64,000 bases of DNA, from positions 70,000,001 to 70,064,000 of the forward strand of contig NW_024704743.1 in the NCBI RefSeq assembly GCF_018977255.1. The letters run 5' to 3'. Below, piece after piece: positions 52,300-63,900 of this stretch. The position numbers and the translations under genes were made by a program. The notes below the pieces were generated by a model, which was given only the letters and a program-made list of their open reading frames with translations, did not search any database and had not been told where the DNA came from. Every line of letters begins with the position of its first letter. The stretch's first letter is position 1. Origin of the DNA: Callorhinchus milii (Eukaryota).

Positions 52300-52800
52300 C
52301 TGGATAATGAGAAAATATGTTAAATATTATATTTGATATTTAAAATGTGGCCAACAGTTAATAGTAAATAGTCATATATATAAAATAATATTGTTTTGAT
52401 CAAAACAACTTTCCTGCAGCATGCATTGACATGAGTGAATAATAATGTAGCTATCTCCTCATTTACACTGTGTTTCTTATAAGATAAGGTCCAGTCTGCT
52501 TGTTCAGGTGGACATTAATGATCCCATAACACTATTACCTAGAGGCCCTCTGCACCTTCACACGATAAGCCAGTTAGTGGGCATGAGAAGCCAAAAGAGT
52601 ACCACCTTTCCCCATACCCTGTGGGTCCATGGTCTGACCACAGATTAAACTGCAGTATACTAAAGAATGGTATATGGGTCATACTGTAATACTGTGTTTT
52701 TCACCTCCTGGCTCTTTGTGGGACCATTGCTGCTTTTCAATAATTAGTGAGTTACATACATACATACTGTCTGTCTTGTCTGTCTGTCTGCAAAACTTAC

Positions 52801-52886
52801 CGTGTCTTATTAACAAATTCTGCACCACGTGCTCTATAATAATCTAGATTCTGCTGGAACTGGTAATTCACTGGCCTTGGGTTGTT
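52801..52886 (-). CDS. TBC1D5: TBC1D5 internal coding exon (first in window), NNPRPVNYQFQQNLDYYRARGAEFVNKT(R)
   Basis: 86 nt, flanked by ttctttctctccag and gtaag on the minus strand. The peptide matches the remembered human TBC1D5 segment NPRPVTYQFHPNLDYYKARGA. Ends in phase 2. Confidence 0.93.
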
Positions 52887-53249
52887 CTGGAGAGAAAGAA
52901 AAGCATGAAAGAAATATGTAAAACTGAACATACAAAATGTGTTGATGAGTTAACATTCTAAATGAGAAGCCATATGAAAACGTAAAAACTCAATTAAACC
53001 ATTTGCATGATAGGATATATCTATGTTCGGATCAACTTAAAATAGTGAATACTTCAACAACTTGTGCAATATTTCTGATATATTAGGGCCTGGCAGTGGG
53101 ATTGAATGAACAGCTTGCTCTGAGAGTTCGTTACAGAACCATTTGGCCAGATGGCTTCCTTCCGTACTGTAAATTTCTATGATTCTACATTTTCTATGAT
53201 TCTGCATCACGACTGGATAGGTTAGGCCTTTTTTTTGGCTAGAGGAGAC

Positions 53250-54095
53250 ATTTAAGGGAAGACCCAATAGAGGTGTTTGAAATTATAAAAGGGGTTGATA
53301 AGGTTAACATAAATAGGCTGTTCCCACTGATTGGGGAGTCCATACACAGGAAACAAGTGTAAGCTAGCGATTAGGGAATCTAAAAGAGAATTTAGGAGGA
53401 GCTACTTCACACAGAGGGTAGTGAGATTGTGGAACTCACTGCCTGAAGTGATGGTTGAATCAGATATTATAGATAATAATAATAATCCTTGCATTTGATA
53501 TAGTGCCTTATCATGTCTTCGAGACGTCTCAAAGTGCTTCAAAGAATATACTGTAAAGTGAATTGACTGTATATTTTGTGGGCGAAACGTGCCAGTCAAT
53601 TGCGCACAACAACAAATTGCACTTATATAGTGCCCTCCTTGCAGGGTAGCATCTCAGAGCACTTAACAGTGGCAGAGCCTGACTCTGAGCTGAAGGGGAG
53701 GTGGCCGTAAACACGGTCAAAGCGGATTTTCAGGTAGGACTTGAAAAAGGGGGGAGAGGGGACAAGGCGGAGGGATTGAGGGAGAGTGTTCCAGAGTTTT
53801 GTGGCATAGTGGCTGAAAGCGCAACCACCGATGGTGGGGCGGGGGGTGTGAGGGAGGAGCAGGAGGCCGGTGCCAGTCGAGCGGAGGCAAGTGTTCTAAC
53901 CACTGAGCTACAGAACTCTACAGCTACAGATCTGTGATGCATTTAAGCGGAAGCTAGACATGAGGGAGAGGGGAATAAAAGGGTATGCAAAGGAGTAAGA
54001 AATGGGTGGAGACTCGTGTGGAACATAAACACCAGCCTGGACTGGTTGGACTGAGTGGGCTGTATCAGTGCTCCAGATTTCTTGTAAATCTTTGT
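53250..54095 (+). mobile_element. CR1 3' fragment interrupted by a minus-strand SINE (53472-53925), itself interrupted by a minus-strand L2 family B tail (53605-53890)
   Basis: CR1 reads ..gaatcagatattatagat|insert|gatgcatttaagcggaagctagac. The SINE tail and SINE head flank the L2 piece. Confidence 0.75.
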
Positions 54096-54304
54096 AAATA
54101 TGTCAGCCTGGCTTAGCTGGCAGTACTCTCGCATCTGAGTCAGGAGGTTGCAGGTTCAACAACAATAATAACAACTTGCATTTATATAACGGCCCTCACA
54201 CAGGGTACTGTCCCAAGCCCTGCATCAGGACTTGGAACTCTATGCTAAGATGACAGTCTAGTGCAGTGCTGGGATGTGCTCTATTGTTTGTGGTGCTGTT
54301 TTTC

Positions 54305-55745
54305 AGAAGAGACATTGACTTCTTTATCACCGAGATCAACAACATCCGCCTGCCTGCCTGCTCCTCCTCCCCTGCACCCCCCATGTTGCCTACAACCCCA
54401 CCCATGCCTCCTTCACCACCCTCTCTTCCAACCACGCCACAATTTCTACCGTCATTTGCCCCCATCTCTCCCGCCTCCCTTTCCCCCACCATCACCAAGA
54501 TGAAGCTCATGACCTGCTGCCTCGATCCCCTCCCCACGCAGCTTCTGGTCACCCAACTGCTGGCTGACACAATCAACGAGTCCCTCTCCTCAGGCTCTGA
54601 TACACTAACCCCCCAAAGAAACCGCTGTCATCAGTCCAATCCTCAAAAAACCTACCCTCGATCCCTCCAACCTCACAAATTTAGACCCATTTCAAACTTG
54701 TCCTTCCCGGCAAAAGTTTTGGAACGCGTGGTTGCAAATCAACTTTGCTCATACCTCGCCCTCCACTCCCTACTAGAACTCTCCAGTCCAGTTTTTGACC
54801 CAACCCACAATACAGAGACAGCGCTCGTCAAAGTAACAAATGACATCCTCTCTCTCTTTGACCAGGGGTCCCTCTGCCTCCTCTTTCTCCTGGACCTCTC
54901 TGTGCGTTCAACACATTCATCGCACTATCCTACACCACCGCCTCTCCTCCCTCATCCACCTTAGTGAGACTGCACACGCATGGTTCGAGTCCTACTTGAC
55001 CAATCGCCAACAGTATATCTCAGTAAACAATTTCTCCTTCCACTCTTGCCCGGTCACCTGGGGGGTACCCCAAGGCTCCATCCTTGGCCCCCTACTTTTC
55101 CTCATTTACATGCTATCTCTTGGCGATGTCATCTGCAGACATGGAGTCAACTTCAACATGTACGCAGATGACACACAAATCTGCTTCCCCTCCTCCAGCT
55201 GTGACTCCCAGTTCGCTGATGTCCTGTCAGCTTGTTTATTCAAGGCCTGGATGAGCGCAAATTTCCCACAGCTGAACGTCGGCAAGACAGAAGCTGTAAT
55301 CTATGGCTCCCATCAGCATCTTCTTTCTTGTGGGTCCAAACTCCACAACCTCCCTGAGCTCTCCCTCAAACTTAGAGGTCAGGTTTGCTCTCCAGCTTTC
55401 CTTTCTACTACACATCTGTTCCCTGACCAGGAGCGCTTTTTTCCATTTCCGCCACATTGCCCACCTCCGCCCGTACCTCACACCCACAGCAGCTGAAATC
55501 CTCGTCCATGTCTTTGGACTAATTCAGAAATCCACTGCCTGGATACTACTCACACAAAACTCCGTAGCCCTATCACACCAGTCCTTGCCAGTCTCCACTG
55601 ACTCCCAATTATCGAACAAATCGACTTCAAGATCCTCTCGCTCGTTTTCAAATCCCTTCATGGGCTCGCACCTCCCTACCTATCCGATTTGCTTACCCCC
55701 CACTCCACCACCCGCTGACTCCGCTCGGCCGGCTCCGGCCTCGTG
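54305..55745 (+). mobile_element. L2-clade LINE RT fragment (probably family B)
   Basis: FRPISNLSF.AKVLE, TETALVKVTND, GVPQGSILGPLLFLIYM, MYADDTQ, with frameshifts. Confidence 0.9.
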
Positions 55746-57789
55746 TTCAACATTTTTCTGTTTGATCCTGTCATGCTTTAGCAACAAACAGATAATGTGT
55801 TCTGCTATGGTTGAATTTGTAAACCTGGAGGTCTTAGTGCATTTTTCTGTTGGGATTCCTGCTTTCCCTGTAACTGACCACCTTTCTGTCCACAACTTAC
55901 ACTTATACAGTGCCTTTCACTCTCAAAGCATATCACAAAATAACCATAATTTTAAAATAAGTGAATCCTGTTAAGCAAATGCAACAGCTAATTTATAATA
56001 ATAGAATCAATCTTATATAGCGTCTTTCACATCATGAGAATGTTAAAAAGGGATTTACAGTGACAGTGGAACAGTCAGCTGGCTGGGAAATGAGGGTATG
56101 GGTAGTGGGGAGACAGTCAATTTGGTGAGAGAATTTGAAGAGAATTTGAAAGCAGAGAGGGAGCGAAGTGGAGTCATTTTGGAAGAGAATTCCAGAAAGC
56201 ATGGGCAAAGTAGTTCGTTCATATTTACATTTTACAGTCTCAAACACACACTTACAGAACAATAAAATTGATTCAACTTGTATAGGTGCTGAACTGCTAT
56301 ACGTGCTGTTTCAGGAAATGTCTCCTTCATGAAATATGTCCTACTCTACATCTGTTCATAATCACGGAAGAAAAATTTCATGGGACACTAGGACACATCA
56401 TTATTTGGAGTTAATGGGGTCTGTTTCAAAATTTAGAAGCACATAATTGCTCCTTACCTGAACTACAATAATAAATCAATTTATTCTGAACATTTGTGTT
56501 TTATAATGACTATTTTAGTAGATTCGTTAATGTGATAGCATAGATAATTTAATTGCTATTTTATCAACAGCTTCAGGAAATCAGTCAATAAATTTAGAAA
56601 ATAGCCAATAAACTAATCATTAAAAAAATTATTTCAAAAGTGGCCACTTGTATCTAAGCAGAATCAAGTCATAGTATGTAACTCGCAAGTTTTCTGATTT
56701 AATTTATGCACCAAAGACACAATCAAAGAGGAAGGTCTTGAGACGGGCCTTGAGGAAGTCAAGCAAGTGAGCGAGGCCAAGGGACTCTGAGATGGAGTTC
56801 CAGGGTGTGGGGGCAGAAAGGCTGGACCCAACTAGCTAATGGTGGGGTGGGCAGGGTGAGGGACATGAAACAAACCAGTGTCTGCTGAGAGGAGGGACGC
56901 TACTGAGCCAGGCTAATACCGAATTTACCAGCACTCATGAAATGTACGTTATTTGTGCTTGGTGCTTCTAAATATGACTGCAATTTGTTCCCTATGTCCC
57001 ATTTGGAATTGGAATCCCATTGTGTCCCTACAGGGCATCATTTTAACATAGTTAGCAACCAAGAGAGGTTAGAATTTGTTTTCATATAAAGAGTAGTTAG
57101 GATATGGAATGCCCTGCTGGGAATTGTGGTTGAGGCATGATCCCTACTAGCTTTCAAAAGTGAACTAAATAGATATTTAAAAAGCAGCAAACTATAGGAG
57201 CATGGGGAAGGACAGATAAATGGGACTGATAGGATTGCTCTTTAAAACAGCCAGCACATGGTTTGAATTTCTTCTTCTGTACTGTAAATTTCTACAAGCC
57301 AACGTAATGTCTAATCTACTTCCAGAATAAATCAAAATAAAAAGGTCCCCCCTGCACTGCTTAACTAGAATCTGACATTGGTGTTCTATGGTAAAGACGA
57401 TGATGTTTTGGCAAGGCTCAGTTTTTAATCAGTGATCCACTTCCAGGAAAACTTATGTAAGAAGCTATTCATGAGCCAGGCTTCCACTGTCCACTGTGTA
57501 CAAGATCAATTTGAGCAACTGCTCTTACTGATTGAGAAACTGCCCTGGTAATTCTAGTTAATATAAATTTTTACCTCCTTTTTGTTAGTAAAGATTTTTT
57601 CATTAGCATTAAAATATTGCTCAGGAGCTGACCTTAGTTTTGTAAATGCCATCAACAAAGAATACTTTAGCGTAGCAGTACAAGTTATGTATCTTTGGTG
57701 ACCACAATTAAAGCGCAGTTCGGGGATTTGCTAATTGGATTTTACTACAGCTTGTGCATGTTTAGTTCGTGAATGGAGAGCAGGCTGAG

Positions 57790-58385
57790 CCTTACCCCAA
57801 ATGCAGCCGAAACCCTTATGCGTGTGTTTGTCACCTCCAGCCTGGATTACTCAATGCACTCCTTGCTGGTCTCCCCAGCTCCACCATTCAATAAATCCAA
57901 CTCATTCAGAGCTCTGCTAAACCACATACTTATCCTGACCAAACTCTATACCCACATCTCACTTCTGGCCAGGCTCCACTGGCTCCTCATCACCAAACAG
58001 ATTGACTTCAAGATCCTCACACTCGTGTTTAAATCCCTTCACTCTCTGGTACCACCCTACCTCTCCGACCTCCTCACTCCCCAAACCTCCACCCAGCGCC
58101 TCGGCTTGACTGGCACCGGCCTCCTGCTTGTCCCTCACACCCTCCGCTCCACCATTGGAGGTTGTGCTTTCAGCCACTATGCCCCGAAACTCTGGAACAC
58201 TCTCTCGATCCCTCTGCCTTGCCTCCTCTCTCCACTTTTTCAAGTCCCGCCTGAAAACCTTCCTTTTCGGCTGTGCTTACAGCCACCTACTCACTCCCCG
58301 GCTCGGAATGAGGCTCAGCCACTGTTAAGCTCTCTGGGACGCTGCCTGCTTGGAGGGAGCTATATAACTACAAGTTGTTGTTGTT
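57790..58385 (+). mobile_element. L2-clade LINE 3' fragment (family B)
   Basis: FVTSSLDY..LHWL..IDFKILTLVFK..AFSHYAPKLWN, (GTT)n tail. Confidence 0.88.
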
Positions 58386-58685
58386 GAGCTGGCTGCTGAG
58401 CATTAAAGGCAAAGCTCAGATAGATGCATACATGAAACAGAATAAAAAAAACAGGTTACCCAATCCAGCATTATGCTGAGGTTGCAATAAATTATGCAAA
58501 TTCCCCCTGGTAAAAAAAAAGTCACTGCGAGCCCCTTGTGTAAACTGTTCATTAAAGGTACCAGAATAAAATAGTACAGATTGAAGAATGACACTTCATT
58601 AAGTTTCCTTCATTTTGCCCTAACAATGTGCATTGAGCTCCCGCTGAAGAAAAACTGCACCACTCTGACATTTTGGACCAAAATG

Positions 58686-59047
58686 TGGAGTCCTGTAGCT
58701 CAGTGGTTAGAGCACTCGCCTCGAAAGCGAGAGACCTGGGTTTCATTCCCGGCAGGGCGAAACGTTGGTCAAGTTTCCTCACTCCATATGCCTCTGTTTA
58801 CGTAGAAGTAGGAACCCGGTTGTTAGTCGATTGGCGGATTGCTTTTCCGGGGAAATAATCCTTCAAAAAACAATAATTTGGCCACTTCAATCCACGACTG
58901 TTTGTGGGACACTGCTGTGCGCAATTGGCTGCCGCATTTCGCCCACAAATATACAGTCAGTTCACTTCACAGTATATTCTGTGAAGCTCTTTGAGACGTC
59001 TAGAAGACATGAAAAGCATTATATTAAATGCAAGGATTATTATTATT
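58686..59047 (+). mobile_element. tRNA-headed SINE, long-body subfamily
   Basis: Best-preserved long copy: ggagtcctgtagctcagtggttagagcactcgcctcgaaagcgagagacctggg... Confidence 0.92.
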
Positions 59048-59119
59048 GTGATTGCTTTCTTTCTCAATTCAGCCATTCTCATAGTCTGTGTAACCAACCA
59101 ATGACTATCCTCCTTAGAG

Positions 59120-59730
59120 GAAGGTAAACAGGGTTTCCTTGGGAGTTGAATTGGCTCCAAAGTGACACGTTTGTCAACAGAATCTTAGAATCGAGCCAAT
59201 CCTCTGTGGTGGTCTTGAAGGTCCAGTTCCTGAGCCAAGTGGGTCCGCAATACTGCAGGGCATTGCTGATGACAGCTCAGCCAGCCTAGCTTAGCGGTAA
59301 GATCAGCGCCTTGGCAATATGTTGTTGTTGCTGTTGTTCCTGAGGGGCAGCACTCTTCCCACTCAGCTCCTGTTTACCCTGTAAGCCAAAGCTCTAACAG
59401 GAGGCTGGTTCTACCTGGACAAGCAGCAGGAAAGCTTGCTAGATACTGATATCAATGCGGTTTTAGCTGGTTATACTCCAGCAGTAACCCCAACACACAT
59501 TGTGGGGTCCCCAAGTCTTGGCTCTTGCCAACCTGTGCCCAACACTCTCCGGTATTAGGTAATCAGGATGTGTCCCTCCAAGTAAAGAGTGTGCATTCCA
59601 TTCAATAAACATCTCTAGAATTTCCATGTGCAGGTGGGATGCATAGAGCTCTTAATTTAGTTTGGATACTTTTAAACATGATGATGGATTTCTGCATGCG
59701 TTGGACACCAGTTGACCAAACAAAATGGTG
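59120..59730 (+). repeat. Unassigned dispersed repeat, longest copy (copy 4)
   Basis: Spans the segments seen at 3262, 4690, 36330 and 63350. Confidence 0.75.
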
Positions 59731-60619
59731 GTTTGAGTCGGATTGCCAATTCGGGGCTAAAATGTGGACTCATCCTCACTAGAACTGGGCTAAGACTACA
59801 CAATTATTTTTCTCTTAGGTCCCGTACCAACCCCAAAAGGAAGAATATTGTCATTATAGCAGACTAGGTAGGCCCTATGTAAATCCAGGATTTAGCTGTG
59901 AAAGGACAGTGTATTAGGTCACTCATTCCCTTGCAGCTTTTGCAAACAGAGGATTTACATTCATCTGCTCATCAGCTTGTTGTAAGTAAAGCTGAAAAGT
60001 CTCCGCTCTTGATTTAAATGCCTGATTCATTTACTTTAAATACCAGCTGTTTACTTTACCTTGATAATATATTCAAATTGCCACTTTCTACAGTACAAAC
60101 ACTGCAACGGGAGATTTTGCATTCCAGTGACAGGAATGGCCATCATCAAAGAATGGAGAAGGAAAACAATTTGGCAGTGATTACTGACCATTCACTGAAA
60201 ACAGACGGTGAATGTGAGGCAATCTGAAACAAGACTAATCAGATTCATTTTAAGAGCATTTATCACATTGGGAATACAATTTATAGATCTAGGCACCCAA
60301 CCTTTAAAAAGACACCAATGTGCTGAGATGGTTCCAAGATGAACAAGGACCATCTGAGATTTTGAAGATGGACTCCAGAAATAGCGGGGGACAAACCCCA
60401 TCCAGGTCCAGACTTGCATTTTTTAAAAAATTTTGAAACCAGTTTTCAGCAAGTTCTTTTAAGGAGAGAAATCTAGCTTCAAAATTAAGAATGAATTTAT
60501 GAATTTGTCAAATGTTGGACATTCTGAAATGATAAGAAAATACAGCTTAGTTTAGTCCTGTAAGTTCACAAAGCATATGATCCAAAGTTTCAAAGTACTC
60601 AAATAACTGGATAATAGAA

Positions 60620-61640
60620 ATGAATACAGAAAGGAACGTGGGTCAACATTTTGGGTCCATGACCCTTCATCAGACCTGATGGATGTTGGGAGAGAGAGGT
60701 TTTAAGAACTAACAGAGGGGAGGCGGGATAAGAAAGACAAAGAAGAAAATGGGGTGGACAGAATTGATGGGTTAAAGAGGTTTTAATGATATATAAGTAA
60801 ATCTTTGAAGGTGGCAGGACAGGCAAATAAAGCTGTTAAAAAAGCATACGGGCTAATAGGCTTTATAAATAGGGGCATAGAATACAAAAGTCAGGAAGTT
60901 TTGATGAATCTTTATGAAACACCTCAGCTAGAGTTCTGTGTTCAGTACTGGGCACCACACTTTAGGAAGGATGTCAAGACATTGGAGAGGCTACAAAGAA
61001 GATTTACCAGGATGGTACCAGGAATGAGGGACTTCAGGTATCAGGAGAGGCGAGAGAAGCTAGGATTATTCTCCTTGGAGCAGAGAAGGTTAAGAGGAGA
61101 CTTAATAGAAGTTTTCAAAATTATGATGGGTTTCAATAGGATGAACAAGGAGAAACTATTTCTACTGGAGGGTGGGTCGGTAACCCAAGGGCACCGATTT
61201 AAAATAGTTGTTAAAAGAAACAGAGGGGAGGTGAGGAGAAATTTTTTCACACAGCGAGTTGTTTGGATCTGTAATGCATTGCCTGAAAGGGTGGTGGAAG
61301 CCAATTTGATAACAACTTTTAAGAGAGAAGTAGAAAATTATTTGGAGAGGACAAGTTTGCAGGGCTATGGGGCGAGAGCGGGGTAGAGGGATTGAATTGA
61401 ATAGCTCTTTTCAAAGAGATGGCATAGACACAATGGGCCGAATGGACTCCTTCTGTGCCGTATACGATTCTATGATGCAAAATAAAGGAGGGCATCAGAA
61501 GCAGACCAGAGAGAAAAGTTGTGTCTGGGACCCAAAATGTTGACTCATTTTCTTTCTCCATAGATGCTGCCTGACTGCTTGCTGAGTGTTCCCAGCAATT
61601 TCTGTTTTTGTTTCAGATTTCCAGCATCAGCAGAATTTTC
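60620..61640. mobile_element. Penelope-derived non-coding element with an inverted terminus, split by a CR1
   Basis: 60620-60790 and 61475-61530 match 30965-31205 collinearly. 61528-61640 is the reverse complement of the 30915-31000 terminus. Confidence 0.78.
60800..61472 (+). mobile_element. CR1 LINE 3' fragment
   Basis: ORF 60805..61386 ([36 protein letters not shown]) and gattctatgat tail. Confidence 0.92.
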
Positions 61641-61744
61641 CACTTTATTTAATAGAAATGAATGTCTGTTAGTTAATACAGAACCACAGGAAAGTAGTAT
61701 TTTCTTATGTTCTTAATCCAAATTTTACAAATTACAACAAAGAG

Positions 61745-62172
61745 TGGTAGCACTCTTGCCTCTTAGGTAGAAGGTTGTGGGTTCAAGCCCCATGTTGGGA
61801 CTTCGAATCACATAGTCTAAGGTGACACCCCAATACAGTCCTGGGGGGGTGTTCAATTGCTGGAGATACTGTTTTTCAGATGCAACCTCATATCGTGATC
61901 CTGTCTGCCTGTTCAGGTGACCGTGAAAGATACCATGGCACTATTCGAAAAGAGAAGGGAGTTTCTCCCGGTGTCATGGCTAATAATCCCACAGATAAAA
62001 TTCTTTACTTACTCCTTGGCTACTTGTGGGACACTGCCTGTGTGCAAACTGGCTGCTGTGATTCTCACAAAATATCCGGTCAATCCTCTTTACAGTATAT
62101 GCTGTGAAGCGCTTTAAGGCATCTCAACAATGTAATAAAGCACTATATCAAATGCAAGGATTATTATTGTTA
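61745..62172 (+). mobile_element. Deu-domain SINE, near full length
   Basis: Same head, Deu block and (TTA)n tail as 32330-32767. Confidence 0.8.
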
Positions 62173-63044
62173 TTAAATTTATTATTGACTTTAATACCCG
62201 ATAGATCAAAAGTTGGAATGAAAAAAAGCCCCCCCTGAACATAACCTTTCTGAATACTAACACTACTGTCTTCCTATTACATCAAGGTCACTGGATCACA
62301 AGAGAGGATTGGATGAAGAAGCTCCTACTTGATCTCATGGAATTACAAGGAATATTACAGCATGGAAAGACCATTCAGCCCAACTAGTCTATGCTGGTGT
62401 TTGAACTCCATATGAGCCTCCTAATCATCTCTCCTATACCCTTCTAATTGTATTGAATATCGATATTGAACTGTATTGAATAGTTAGTTATCAGCCACAT
62501 CCATGCTCTACTAAGCCCTCTTTGTTGTCTCCTCTGATTCCAGATTTCTGCAACTTTGTGTCATCTAAAAATGTAACAACCTTACACTGGGCCTGTGTAT
62601 CCAGCTGATTAATGTATACAAGGAACAAGCAAAGTCCTAATACAGACTCTTAGAATCATAGAGGCATCTGTTTAATATCTCTCAACTAAGAAGATCACCT
62701 TCACTTTGCAAACAAAAACATTAATCTTAACAGGGATGTGATTTAAAATTGCATCACTACAAAGTCTGGACAGTATTTTAAGAAAAAGTTTCATAAAGAC
62801 ATAAGAAATGTTATGATGAATAAAAGTCTTTCAGCTCACTGAAGCTCATCTCTCTAGTACATTAACTCTCCCATCATGGCATCTAACTACATTTTTAATA
62901 ACCCTGATGTTTTTGCCTATATTACCTTGCTTGATAGATTGTTTCAAATAGGTTATCACTATTTGAGTAAAGTGATTTTCATATCTGTTCTAACTTTAAT
63001 TTCCGCTCATTTGTATATCTGCCCCCAGTATTACTTTCTTGACT

Positions 63045-63180
63045 AATAATAATAATCCTTGCATTTGATATAGCGCTTTTCACGTCTTCTAGACGTCTCA
63101 AAGTGCTTCACAGAATATGCTGTAAAGTGAAATGTCTGTATATTTGTGGGCAAAACACGGCAGCCAATTGCGCACAGCAG
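63045..63180 (-). mobile_element. 5'-truncated SINE tail
   Basis: Close match to the 3' 135 nt of the SINE family. Confidence 0.85.
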
Positions 63181-63349
63181 TAAGTTTAAAGTAATAGTCT
63201 GGCTTTACATTTTCTTTATTGTTAGTATTTTATTTGATATGCTACGATTCCCTTCACCACCTTCTTTCTCGATTGCAAAGCTTACATCTCGCTTGCTCAT
63301 CCTTTCGGCGGGGATCAAAATAATAATAATCCTTACACTTGATGCAGAG

Positions 63350-63900
63350 CCTCTGAGGTCAGGAGTACTGCAAGGCAATACTGACAATAGACCAGCCAGC
63401 CTGATTCATCAGCAGGATGTGGAAGGGCAGACCCACTGAGGCTGGGATTCTTCCAACTCGACTCCTGTTAATTCTGCAAGCCAAAGTCCTAACAGGTTGG
63501 GTTGTACTGTACAATCTGCAGGAAGCTTGCCAAACAGCGCTCTCAATGGCAAGCTACGTAGTTTAAGCTGGTTAAAAGGCAGCACCTCGTCACACTCTCG
63601 GGTCCCCAAGCCTCCTCTTTGGCCAACCTGCATCTATTACTCTCCTGAATTAGGTAAGCAGAGTGCTCCCTCCAGGAAGAGTGTGCATTCCATTCCAGAT
63701 GCAGAGAAATTTCAGCAGCTGAAATTTCAGCTCTTTGGGACGTCCTCCTGACGTGAAAGGCGCTCTATAAATGTAAGTTTGTTGTTGTTGTTGATGTGTA
63801 AGTGGCTTACATATGTGGAACTCTCAGTCTAGTTTAAATACTTCTAACATAGTGATCGGTTTCCAAAACGTGTCAGACACTTGACTGACCATACATACTG
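63350..63900 (+). repeat. Unassigned dispersed repeat (copy 5), interrupted by a short L2 tail at ~63730-63795
   Basis: ctcctgttaattctgcaagccaaagtcctaacagg..gcaggaagcttgc..gggtccccaag..taggtaagca..gagtgtgcattccattc. Confidence 0.72.

Noticed and set aside
54266..55974. Three overlapping ORFs of more than 200 aa as a gene cluster
   Set aside because: They are successive frames of one decayed L2 RT running into unrelated intron sequence.
58688..58760. Functional tRNA gene
   Set aside because: It is the head of a SINE, continuing into the SINE body. The T loop is mutated and the acceptor stem is incomplete.
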